In this document: positions 1 to 8,737 of the stretch, one piece after another
Position numbering within the stretch: the stretch's first letter is position 1
Layout: the number at the start of each line of letters is the position of its first letter
NCBI GenBank assembly: GCA_003345555.1
Contig: PRDJ01000017.1
Location: 1-27,622, forward strand
Direction of reading: 5' to 3'
Length of the DNA: 27,622 nt
From: Candidatus Thorarchaeota archaeon
GTDB lineage: Archaea > Asgardarchaeota > Thorarchaeia > Thorarchaeales > Thorarchaeaceae
Notes under the pieces: generated by a model
What the model was told of the DNA's origin: nothing
Database searches by the model: none
What the model saw: only the letters and a program-made list of their open reading frames with translations
Translations under genes and position numbers: made by a program

Positions 1-28
1 GAGGAATAAAGAAGCTCATTCATTAAGC

Positions 29-1834
29 ATGCTGGTGCAGCAGGAGAAGGAAGCCATGTCAAAAGATGAGGTCAGACGGATTATCGAGGAGGCCACAAAG
101 GAATCTCTGAGACAGTCCTTCACGGAGGCGGGCAGAAAGTTTGCTCAGGCTGCAGAGATTTCTGAGCAGAATGGGGACTATGCCGGTGCACAGAAACTAT
201 ACGGTCAAGCGGCGGATACGTATGCAAAAGCCGCTGAACGCTATAGGTCGTCGAAGAGCTTCAAGAGTGCTGCACTGAATATGTGCGCGGTGGGCGATCT
301 CTACTCTGAGCTGGCCGATTCTGATAAGGCCATTAAGGCATACGAGGGAGCTTCCTCGGATCTTCTGAAAGCCGCTGATGAACACTTGATGTGGGGAGAA
401 CCAGCAGGCGCGAAGAACGGCACGGCCCTTGCCATAGCTGCTTGCATGATTTACCTGATGATAGGACGCGAAACCGATGCGTTTCAGAGAGCGAAGACCT
501 TTGCGGCACAGAATGCTTCCAAGATGACAACGACCGACGTCGTTCGTTTGAGCCAAATCCCACAGATGCTTGAAGCCGCCATAAAGAGCATTGATATTGA
601 GAGTTTCTCAGGCGCAGAGACTGCAGCAGTAGCCGAGTTGAAACCGGCACTTGTGGATGCCGGGGCGCAGGAGTTTGGGAAGTATGTGGACAAGGGTCTT
701 GACATGGCTAGGGAGATTCTGCGTGGCAAGCTGAAGATACCGAAAGTCCTGACACAGTTGGAGATACCTGTAGACATGACCTTCACTGAGCAGTTCCCTG
801 TGAGAGTGGTCTTCAACAACAGAGGAGAAGGTGCGGCCTCGAAGCTTAGTGCTGAATGGTTCATTGACGATGGAATCACCTTCGTATCGGGCGACAAGAA
901 GAAGCACATTCCTTCACTTGGTGCTGGTCAATCTGGTTCAATGGCAGCAGTTGTTAGATCGTCCGAAGAACTCATGGGAGTCAAAGAGTTCTCAGTCATG
1001 GTTAGAGGCTCTTACACCGATATTCTAGGTACTGAGTACACGCTACAAGCAGGTCCCGCTGTAATGATTCTCAAAGACTACAAAGAGAGTGAGAAGCTTC
1101 TTCACGACTTGGATGTCACTGGTGGGCGCATAAGTCTCCTCGGATCCTCCATTGATGAATCCGAACTCGAGAAGGAGCCCTTGAAGAGAATCGTGGCTGG
1201 TCTCAGTACGTCGGCGGAAAAGGCCAGGTCTGACATCGAACAGAGGAGGCTGGAGATTGCCAAGGCAAGAATCAGTCTGGCTAATGACATTGTTGACACA
1301 ATAGACGGCCTTCTAGGTGATGAAGCCTTCCTCAAGGCGGTGCAAAAATCCAGACAGGCTGAGATGCATGCTTTTGCCAAATCGAAGCTGCAAGCTGTGC
1401 GCCAGACGCTCCAATCCGTGCTCGCTGGACAAGAAAGGAAGCTCAAGAGTGAAGAATCAACAGCGGTAGCTGAACTTGACAAGGACAGCAAAGTCAAGCT
1501 CGGTTTTGCGACTACAATCTCGTCGGCAAGAGACCAGCTGTCGGACCTATCACGCGACATCGAGAACATATACAATCAGATGCCCACAGCAGGGGCAACC
1601 GCTAGTCCGACCGATGCTGCCGCCAGAACGAAATTGCGGACTTCCTTGGACACGGCGAAAGCTAAGACACTGAAAGCACGCGCCCAATTGGAGACCCTCC
1701 TGTCTAGTGAGGCTCTGAAGACTCCCGATCGACGCGTCGCCCTAGCAAGAGTCGAACTGGCCCAGGTCGTTGCACGTTCGATTATCAACGAACTGGCTTC
1801 GTATCTGGACGCCAGATTGTCAGAGGTAGGCTGA
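29..1834 (+). CDS. Hypothetical multidomain protein: N-terminal TPR/SNAP-like helical repeats, central Ig-like (CARDB-type) domain, C-terminal coiled coil
   Basis: 601-aa ORF. aa ~30-230 are Ala-rich helical repeats (YAGAQKLYGQAADTYAKAAERY; AVGDLYSELADSDKAIKAYE). aa ~238-348 show alternating beta strands (FPVRVVFNNRGEGAA...IPSLGAGQSGS...VMVRGSYTD). The rest is heptad-rich helix with no TM segment. The alternative start ATG 56 follows a GGAG. Confidence 0.8.
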   Translation: MLVQQEKEAMSKDEVRRIIEEATKESLRQSFTEAGRKFAQAAEISEQNGDYAGAQKLYGQAADTYAKAAERYRSSKSFKSAALNMCAVGDLYSELADSDKAIKAYEGASSDLLKAADEHLMWGEPAGAKNGTALAIAACMIYLMIGRETDAFQRAKTFAAQNASKMTTTDVVRLSQIPQMLEAAIKSIDIESFSGAETAAVAELKPALVDAGAQEFGKYVDKGLDMAREILRGKLKIPKVLTQLEIPVDMTFTEQFPVRVVFNNRGEGAASKLSAEWFIDDGITFVSGDKKKHIPSLGAGQSGSMAAVVRSSEELMGVKEFSVMVRGSYTDILGTEYTLQAGPAVMILKDYKESEKLLHDLDVTGGRISLLGSSIDESELEKEPLKRIVAGLSTSAEKARSDIEQRRLEIAKARISLANDIVDTIDGLLGDEAFLKAVQKSRQAEMHAFAKSKLQAVRQTLQSVLAGQERKLKSEESTAVAELDKDSKVKLGFATTISSARDQLSDLSRDIENIYNQMPTAGATASPTDAAARTKLRTSLDTAKAKTLKARAQLETLLSSEALKTPDRRVALARVELAQVVARSIINELASYLDARLSEVG

Positions 1835-1849
1835 GTGAGGGCTTGCGTC

Positions 1850-3049
1850 TCATCGCTTGGTCATGAATCGCTCTAGCCTGTCCATTGCCTCTGTAATCAT
1901 CTCGGGCGGGGGAAGGAATACGCTTCTGAAATGTGAGGCTCCATATGTGGCGCAGAATCCTGAGCCTGGCACAAAGACCACACCGGCCATGTTGAGCACA
2001 TCTAGAACAAATTCTGTGTCATTCTTCCATCTGCCTTTCAAGTCCACCTTAGGTAGAATATAAAACGCTGCGTCCGGCTTCGAACTGGAAATCGATTCGA
2101 TGGAGTTTAGCCGTTTCCAGATCAGGTCTCTTCTTTCTTTCATCCTCCGGACCACCTCCTTTAGATGACTCCCATCGCTCCTCAAAGCAACCGCAGCAGC
2201 GACCTGAGCCGCCGAGTTGGCACAAATACGGACCCGGGCCTGTCGCAGCATAGCGTCACGTATTGGTTCAAGTTCTCCCTTCTGGTCATGGAAGTAGACG
2301 TAACCCACTCTCCAGCCGGGAGCCAAGTACACTTTGCTAATCCCATTGAAGCCGATAACAGGCACATCACCTGCCGCCTTGGCCATAGGCGTGTGCTTCT
2401 TCTCGAAGGTCAGTCGGTCATAGGTCTCGTCCGATATGAGCGGGAGACCGTATTCGCCTGCGATCGATGCGATCTGATTTAGAGTCTTTTGATCGTAGAC
2501 AGCTCCTGTTGGGTTGTTGGGATTGATGACCACAATCCCAGTTGTCTTCTTGTTGACTTTCTTACGCAAATCATCCAGATCGGGAACCCAATTCTCTTCC
2601 TCTATAGTGCGATATGTGACTGGTTTCCCTCCGAAGAATTCCGTGTAAGCTATATACGGGGGATAAGACGGTCCCGGAAGCAAGAACTCTGAACCTTCGC
2701 TTACCAATGCCCCTGCTAGGAACTGGATTGCCTCGGAGACGCCGTTGGTTGCCAGAACCCTGGCTGAATCCACTGTAATGCCGCCAATCTTCTTCTCTTT
2801 CTCTGCGACGGCCTTCCTGAGATCTTCGAGACCCTCAGATGGGGTATATCCGTTAATGCCATCCTTGGCCGCCTTACTCAGAGCTTCCACCATAAAATCC
2901 GGAGTATGCCAATCGTAGGCAATAGGATCGCCAATGTTGAGGTATAGCGGAATCTGTCCACGTTCCTTCTCGTACTTCTTCGCCGCTACAACAATATCGC
3001 GAATTGCATAAGTCAAATTGGCCGCTCGGGGCGTGACTGCTATCTTCAT
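1850..3049 (-). CDS. alaA: PLP-dependent class I/II aminotransferase, alanine aminotransferase (AlaA/archaeal AlaAT) type
   Basis: Motifs YAIRDIV, LNIGDP, NGVSEAI, INPNNPTGAVY, SDETY and GISKVYLAPGWRVG (PLP lysine); 399 aa. Confidence 0.88.
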   Translation of the reverse strand: MKIAVTPRAANLTYAIRDIVVAAKKYEKERGQIPLYLNIGDPIAYDWHTPDFMVEALSKAAKDGINGYTPSEGLEDLRKAVAEKEKKIGGITVDSARVLATNGVSEAIQFLAGALVSEGSEFLLPGPSYPPYIAYTEFFGGKPVTYRTIEEENWVPDLDDLRKKVNKKTTGIVVINPNNPTGAVYDQKTLNQIASIAGEYGLPLISDETYDRLTFEKKHTPMAKAAGDVPVIGFNGISKVYLAPGWRVGYVYFHDQKGELEPIRDAMLRQARVRICANSAAQVAAAVALRSDGSHLKEVVRRMKERRDLIWKRLNSIESISSSKPDAAFYILPKVDLKGRWKNDTEFVLDVLNMAGVVFVPGSGFCATYGASHFRSVFLPPPEMITEAMDRLERFMTKR

Positions 3050-3148
3050 AGACGATGCGCCGCAGCCGCGGAGAAATCGGGGAACTTATTTGACTATCGG
3101 AAAGAACAAGGACTGTAGCATTGCTCTCGTTAAGGAACCGAAGAATTC

Positions 3149-3538
3149 CTACTTCTTCAGTAGCTCACCTACTTCCTTTGCGTACTTCCTCATCTGTGTG
3201 ACGGCGAGTCCCATGGATGTGAGGTCTTTGGCGGACCCCATCAGGAGAAAGTCTCCAGCTTGCGAGAGTACAACGAAGCCCTGCTTTCCACGTACAACGA
3301 CCTCGTAGAGCTCATCCAGCGCCAGCTTGTTTGCTGCCATTTCTCCAGTTGCCAACAATGCCGCGCTGACGGCGGCCATCAAGTCAGGATCGACATCCGA
3401 GTCTTCAGTCGCAAAGTAAGCGAGCTTCACCCCCTGCTTGCTCACGACCGCTATAGCATCCAAATCTGCATAGTTGGTAAGACCCATCAGTAGCTCAATC
3501 AGTTCCTTCTCTTTACGCGGATTCAGGTGACCGGACAT
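3149..3538 (-). CDS. Roadblock/LC7 (MglB-like) domain protein
   Basis: 129 aa with a typical roadblock pattern: AIAVVSKQG (b1-b2), DPDLMAAVSAALLATGEMAANKL (long helix), LYEVVVRGKQGFVVL (b3-b4). Confidence 0.88.
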   Translation of the reverse strand: MSGHLNPRKEKELIELLMGLTNYADLDAIAVVSKQGVKLAYFATEDSDVDPDLMAAVSAALLATGEMAANKLALDELYEVVVRGKQGFVVLSQAGDFLLMGSAKDLTSMGLAVTQMRKYAKEVGELLKK

Positions 3539-3580
3539 GTCTTCTTCCCTCAGCTTACAATCTTCTCATGAATGCCTCAG

Positions 3581-3588
3581 TTAAAATA
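3581..3588 (-). promoter_or_regulatory. Candidate TATA box for the roadblock gene
   Basis: TATTTTAA on the minus strand 43-50 bp upstream of ATG 3538, preceded by purine-rich ACAAAGG (BRE-like). Confidence 0.45.
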
Positions 3589-3619
3589 CCTTTGTCGGAG
3601 ATTGTCAAGCACTCAGCGT

Positions 3620-4501
3620 TCACTTGGCGACAAGCTTTTTCTTCGCAGCAGGCTTCGCCTCTCCTTCGGCTTCCTCTGGCGCACCCTCAATCTCGGACCT
3701 GAAGAAGCTAATGAGATCGCTGAGACGCTCCTTCATTTCCGCCTTGATGGGCGACAAGATGGCGTCTGGAGTTCCTTTGAGCAGTTCGATTCCAAGAACC
3801 TTGTGATCCTTGACTATCACTCTTGGAACATAACCCTCGGCCATGAAAGTGCCTTCAGGTGGATCTTTGACCTTCTCAAAGCGCTTCTCCACCTTCTCCT
3901 GACCGAAAACGACTAGCCTATGCTGAGCAATCGTGTAGAGCTCATTGTGAACAATCAGTAGCTCCCTGCTGTATCCTTCAGGGGGTGGCTGATTCTCAAG
4001 TTCATCAAGCATACCGCGAATCTCATCATCACTTATGCTCGCCGGCGGCGCACCGGCCTTGGGTGCAGTTGTGGGTGTAAGCGGTCTCGCAGATTGTGGG
4101 GGAGTAGGTGCCGGAGGCGGTCTCGCTGGTTCAGGTTCAACCCTGCGTGTTTCGGCTTTCACCTTCGGCGTCGGAGGCTTTTGGGGAGGTGCGGCTTCAC
4201 CCGGTTTCATTACAGGTACCGCAGCAGTCGTACCATCGAGTGCGGTGAAGAACGTTGGTGGCTCTTCTCCTTCTTCCACGGGCCTGACCTTGAAATGAAA
4301 CCCGTATTCGGTTCTAAGATTGGTGGCCACCCGTGCACCTACGAACTTCCGTCTAATGTCAGCTCGGCTTCCCTTCCAAAGGTAGATACTCTTGGTTTCG
4401 TCGTCGACGACGCAGACCACCTTTGCTGAGTCAAGTCCAGCTTTGGTGAGTTCGACTTCCCGTAGAGTGCCATCTTCTGAGACTTCATACCCCTTTACCA
4501 T
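3620..4501 (-). CDS. Gelsolin-domain protein with Pro-rich linker and C-terminal domain X (1DGelX-like Asgard actin regulator)
   Basis: The N-terminal ~90 aa match a gelsolin repeat (LDSAKVVCVVDDETKSIYLWKGSRA...GARVATNL...VEEGEEPPTFF). A ~60-aa Pro/Ala/Thr linker follows, then a ~130-aa globular region. Start is ATG 4501 (or TTG 4507). Confidence 0.8.
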   Translation of the reverse strand: MVKGYEVSEDGTLREVELTKAGLDSAKVVCVVDDETKSIYLWKGSRADIRRKFVGARVATNLRTEYGFHFKVRPVEEGEEPPTFFTALDGTTAAVPVMKPGEAAPPQKPPTPKVKAETRRVEPEPARPPPAPTPPQSARPLTPTTAPKAGAPPASISDDEIRGMLDELENQPPPEGYSRELLIVHNELYTIAQHRLVVFGQEKVEKRFEKVKDPPEGTFMAEGYVPRVIVKDHKVLGIELLKGTPDAILSPIKAEMKERLSDLISFFRSEIEGAPEEAEGEAKPAAKKKLVAK

Positions 4502-4810
4502 GGCCAATCACTACAGTCTCGTTGTAACCTTAGCTTCAGGTTCTGGTACCATCATTCACAGTTCGCAGTGTCTGGTGGCTCGCTAGGCGAGAGCCCAAGC
4601 GCACCTCAGCCTGCTCAATGACATGGATATGTAGTTTGGTGCTATATCACTGTTATTATGCTAGATACCACGGGCCCCCACTCAAACCAGACCTATGCTA
4701 GGTGCTGAAAGACATACTCTTGCCCCCGCATTGGGAGATTACACATCCGAGACTGATACAACTGAACCAGTACAAACCAGTCGCCCGGTCGCACAGAGAC
4801 CGATCACGTC

Positions 4811-5872
4811 TCATCCGATAAGGACTGCCAATTCCGGTTCGAATCTGAACCAGACCCTCGAAGTCCCGTTCTTCCGTAGCTGACTAGTCATTGTCGCATC
4901 AGTGACGACACTCACCACTTGGTTACCGTCAAAATCCAAAACAACCCTACTTGATCCCACTTGGGGAGTAACCGACTGCACTGTGGCAGCAGCCCCCATG
5001 CCAGACTCAGCAAGCTCTATCCTAACATCCTCAGGCCTGACTGTGAAAAAAACTTGGGACCCTGCTAGTCTATGGCCGCTAACTTTGAAGATGTAGCTAT
5101 CAGTTCTAACAAGGATTGAGTCGCTGCGTACCTCTTCTACGACTCCTGAAAAGACATTGCCGCTCCCCACAAACCTAGCAACGAACTCACTATTCGGATT
5201 CTCATAAAGCTCCTCTGGCGTACCCGTTTGGATAATGACTCCATCGTTCATGACTGCAACTTTGTCGGATACCGCAAAAGCTTCGGCCTGATTATGGGTA
5301 ACATATAGAGTGGTGATGCCCAAGCTTCTCTGTACCTTTCGTATTTCCATCTGCAAGCGATCTCTCAGCTGGGGATCCAACGAGGATAGAGGCTCGTCAA
5401 GTAATAGAACCTGAGGCTTTCTGGCCAATGCTCTAGCGAGCGCAACTCGTTGCGCTTCTCCTCCACTCACCTCACTTATGGGCCGGTATAGGAGCCCATG
5501 TATGCCCAACATTCTGGACAGCTCCTCAACTCTCTCGGTCACCTGTGTGCGATCCCAATGTTCCATGTCCAACCCGAATGAGATATTCTGAAAGACATTC
5601 ATGTTTGGAAACAATGCTATAGACTGGAATACCATTCCAATACCACGTTCCCGAGGTGCGACATTAGTCATATCGCGACCATTGAACGTCAGCGAGCCTG
5701 ACTGCGGCTGTATGAATCCTGCAACCATCCTCAGGGTTGTGGTCTTGCCCGATCCACTCGGTCCAAGCAGAGTAACGAGCTCGCCCTTCTCAATGGTGAG
5801 GTCAATCGGACCAACATGTGTGCCGTCCTTGAATTCCTTCCGAAGGCCCCGAAGCTCTATCCTGACTGTCAT
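4811..5872 (-). CDS. thiQ: ABC transporter ATP-binding subunit, thiamine uptake (ThiQ; PotA/CysA-like with TOBE domain)
   Basis: Walker A GPSGSGKTT, signature VSGGEAQRV, Walker B LLLDEP, H-loop YVTHNQ. ATGA overlap with the permease gene. Substrate inferred from the neighbouring thiB and thiR. Confidence 0.85.
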   Translation of the reverse strand: MTVRIELRGLRKEFKDGTHVGPIDLTIEKGELVTLLGPSGSGKTTTLRMVAGFIQPQSGSLTFNGRDMTNVAPRERGIGMVFQSIALFPNMNVFQNISFGLDMEHWDRTQVTERVEELSRMLGIHGLLYRPISEVSGGEAQRVALARALARKPQVLLLDEPLSSLDPQLRDRLQMEIRKVQRSLGITTLYVTHNQAEAFAVSDKVAVMNDGVIIQTGTPEELYENPNSEFVARFVGSGNVFSGVVEEVRSDSILVRTDSYIFKVSGHRLAGSQVFFTVRPEDVRIELAESGMGAAATVQSVTPQVGSSRVVLDFDGNQVVSVVTDATMTSQLRKNGTSRVWFRFEPELAVLIG

Positions 5873-7515
5873 AGGACGCCTCCTGACTGTTTGCCAGTTA
5901 CTTTGTCTATTACAAGAAACGCAATCAGGCAGACCGCTACAAGTACGAGAGCAGCGGCCCCTGCTTCGACGAACTTCCTCACACCCAGGTCTTGATATAT
6001 CGCTACTGTCAATGTGAAATTCTGCGGCAGAGCAATGAAGTATGTTGCCGACATCTCTCCTATTGCCATGGCAAATGCGAAAACAGCTCCGACAAGAATT
6101 CCTGGTGCCAACAGGGGAAGCTCAACGAAGAATAGCTTCTGTAGTCGAGAAGCTCCAAGCAGATCCGCTTGGTCCAGCAGAGCAGGGTCGATGTTGCGGA
6201 GAGCAATCTCAATTGAACGGGCGCTGAATGGCAACCCTATCATGGTTTGAGCAAGGACAATCGCAGGCCATGGGTTAACGCTCAGACCAAGAGGCACAAC
6301 GACACAAAGCATGAGCCCATAGGCAAGTGTAATCGCGGATACACCAAGAGGCAGAAATGCCGTCAATGAGGAGAGGGTCGAGGAAGTGAATCCCGGACGC
6401 CGATGCAAGTATGCCAATGGCAAGCCAAGAACTACGGCAAGCACGGTTGATGTTCCGGCATAAAAAACTGAATTGACAAGGGGAATGAGACCCCCACCAA
6501 GACCGGCAGAAAGGAGGCTGGCAAAACCCGCCCACGTATAGACTTCAGTCACTGGATCATACACAGCTGCTCTTACTATCGCGACGATGGGACCAGCCAC
6601 AAGTACCAGCAGCAAAACCACGTAGAGGACTGCCAGCAGGGCATGGCGACCACCAATCTCATCGATGCCGACTTGCTTGATTCTTGATGTGGGGGCAATC
6701 GTGTAGTTACGAGAACCGCCGAGGCGATAATACGAAAATGCAAGAGCAATTGTGATGAGGATTTGAACAAGTGCAAGCGAGCTGGCCGCACCGTAATCGA
6801 AGATTCTGAATGCGATCCATATCCGGACTTCAAGAGTGGAGTAGGCTCCACCACCCAAAGCAAGCACGATTGGAAACGATGTGAAGCAGAACAAGTATGT
6901 CAGGATAGCCGATGCGAGAAGCGCAGGTAGGATGTGAGGAAGTATTATCCTTCGCAACTTCTGTATGGATGAAGCACCGAGGATTTCAGCGCTTTCTTCG
7001 ATATCTGGGCTCAACCTCTCCAAGGACGCAGAGACCATCAGTATGACCAGTGGCGCATTGTAGAAGGCATGAGCCAGCACTATTCCAGTGATACCGCTCG
7101 CTAAATTCACCACTGAAGTATTCGATCCCGTTATTGCCATTACAAAGGAGTCGACAAACCCGTAAGGGCCGAACATCTGGAGAAAGCCGACTACCACAAC
7201 GATTGGTGGCAGCACGAAAGGTATGACCATTGCTGCGCGGACTACTGACTTGCCCCCGAACCTGAGGCGGGCGAGCAAATACGCACCCGGCAGCCCGAGA
7301 ACTACAGCGGCCAGAGTACTGATTGCTGCCTGATAGGCACTAAACGAGACGGCGTTGAGTGTGACAGGCGAGGACAAGACATTGGTGATAGATGTCCCCA
7401 GTCCAGACACAATGCCACGGATTATCACTGCTGAGACCGGGTAGATGAGAAAGCAGGCCAACAAGACTACAGGGGAGTAGAGAATCAGATGGGCCAGTAC
7501 ATTCTGCGATTTCAT
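5869..7515 (-). CDS. thiP: ABC transporter permease with two BPD_transp_1 halves (ThiP)
   Basis: 548 aa, multiple TM segments, two EAA-like loops (IEESAEILGAS; LLDQADLLGAS), and a PFVLPPIVV motif. Confidence 0.87.
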   Translation of the reverse strand: MKSQNVLAHLILYSPVVLLACFLIYPVSAVIIRGIVSGLGTSITNVLSSPVTLNAVSFSAYQAAISTLAAVVLGLPGAYLLARLRFGGKSVVRAAMVIPFVLPPIVVVVGFLQMFGPYGFVDSFVMAITGSNTSVVNLASGITGIVLAHAFYNAPLVILMVSASLERLSPDIEESAEILGASSIQKLRRIILPHILPALLASAILTYLFCFTSFPIVLALGGGAYSTLEVRIWIAFRIFDYGAASSLALVQILITIALAFSYYRLGGSRNYTIAPTSRIKQVGIDEIGGRHALLAVLYVVLLLVLVAGPIVAIVRAAVYDPVTEVYTWAGFASLLSAGLGGGLIPLVNSVFYAGTSTVLAVVLGLPLAYLHRRPGFTSSTLSSLTAFLPLGVSAITLAYGLMLCVVVPLGLSVNPWPAIVLAQTMIGLPFSARSIEIALRNIDPALLDQADLLGASRLQKLFFVELPLLAPGILVGAVFAFAMAIGEMSATYFIALPQNFTLTVAIYQDLGVRKFVEAGAAALVLVAVCLIAFLVIDKVTGKQSGGVL

Positions 7516-7528
7516 ACGAGTGCCTCGA

Positions 7529-8653
7529 CTACGTGCTCATGATTGTGTCCCACGCAGTTAGCCATGTTGTCAGGTTAGCGGCAATCTCGTTTCGTGTAAG
7601 GAGGTCGTTCAGGATTGCCACTTCGTTCAGATGAAGTGCGTATGTAAATGCTTCATGAAGAGAGATTTGATTCCCTGCAGGGAACATCCATTGATTCAAT
7701 CCTATGTAAGACTGAACCGAAGATGTCAGACAGTAGTCGATAAAGGCACGTGCCAGTGTTGGGTTGGGCCCGTTCTTCACAAGTCCGATTCCTTCAACTT
7801 GCATCCAAGCATAGTGACTGCCATTGTGGTACATAGGGGCAAGTCTCGTATCGGGAGTGGCATTTGTCGTATAATATGAGTACGCAGGATCTGTCCCATA
7901 GCTGACGAGCATCTGTCTCGTAGGGTCGGAGATCCATTTCGTCCAAGCCTCCGTCCATCCGGCTTGCACATCGATGTAGCCCTTGACCTGACTCCACCAT
8001 GTCTTCCAATCTTGACTCAGCAGCTTCTCATAGACAGCAATCTGAGTCAACAAGAACGAAAGACCGGGACTACTCAGAAGCGGATTCTCTGTAACAAGTG
8101 AAGAAGCCATCTCATGATTGGCCAGATCTGCAAATGTGAGGTTGGCCAGTTCCGGGTGCACTGTCTCGTTAATCTTGGATTGACTGTAGACAATGGTCAC
8201 AAGTCCGAAATCGAACGGAACAACATGATGGTCGGGGTCCAGCGCGTCGACAAGAGAGGCATTCACATTATTCAGTGTGGATGGAATGTAGGGTTCGGTA
8301 ACACTCTGGGCGGCAGACTGCAGAATCAGTATGTTATCGATTCCGATGACAACGTCAGCGACAGGCCGCTCAGCTTCCGCAACAAGCCTAGATACGATTC
8401 CGCTAGCGTCAGACTGGAGTCGGACTATTTGCACCTCTACTCCATATTGTCGCATGAAAGGTCCAAAGACTTCGCTGTCGATTGTCTCTGGGTTGTCGCC
8501 CCACGCCAGAAAACTATCATATGTGTAAACCAACAGCTTCGGCTTCGGCCAGACCCATATTGCATAGGCAGCGACTGACACACTCATAATAATCGCTACT
8601 GCAACAATGATTCGTCTAGGATCGCGTCTCCCCGCGTAGTGGGCATCCGACAT
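7529..8653 (-). CDS. thiB: Thiamine ABC transporter substrate-binding protein (ThiB/TbpA), N-terminal membrane anchor
   Basis: TbpA-like motifs VYTYDSF, IGIDN, PFDFG, WTEAW, SYGTDPAY, QVEG and NQWMFP. Hydrophobic N-terminal anchor. Start placed at ATG 8653 rather than the ORF-track 8686. Confidence 0.87.
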   Translation of the reverse strand: MSDAHYAGRRDPRRIIVAVAIIMSVSVAAYAIWVWPKPKLLVYTYDSFLAWGDNPETIDSEVFGPFMRQYGVEVQIVRLQSDASGIVSRLVAEAERPVADVVIGIDNILILQSAAQSVTEPYIPSTLNNVNASLVDALDPDHHVVPFDFGLVTIVYSQSKINETVHPELANLTFADLANHEMASSLVTENPLLSSPGLSFLLTQIAVYEKLLSQDWKTWWSQVKGYIDVQAGWTEAWTKWISDPTRQMLVSYGTDPAYSYYTTNATPDTRLAPMYHNGSHYAWMQVEGIGLVKNGPNPTLARAFIDYCLTSSVQSYIGLNQWMFPAGNQISLHEAFTYALHLNEVAILNDLLTRNEIAANLTTWLTAWDTIMST

Positions 8654-8677
8654 GTCTATGGTCACTTTTATATGCCT

Positions 8678-8715
8678 GTTGTACAACTCGGTTATAACTC
8701 CTGTTGGATATATAG
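8678..8715. promoter_or_regulatory. Divergent thiB/thiR promoter with overlapping inverted repeats (candidate ThiR operator)
   Basis: GTTGTACAAC (8678-8687) and GTTATAAC (8691-8698) are palindromes. TACAAC-N3-GTTATA spans 8682-8696. TATA-like ATATATAG (8708-8715) lies ~23-30 bp before the thiR ATG. Confidence 0.55.
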
Positions 8716-8737
8716 CTTTCTAATGAAGTGACAGCCC

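Noticed and set aside
4508-4810. 300-bp non-coding gap with a small GGCTC...GAGCC hairpin (4577-4595) and a 14-aa uORF in frame with the gelsolin gene
   Set aside because: A single short stem; the uORF is closed by two stops; compatible with an ordinary promoter/UTR.
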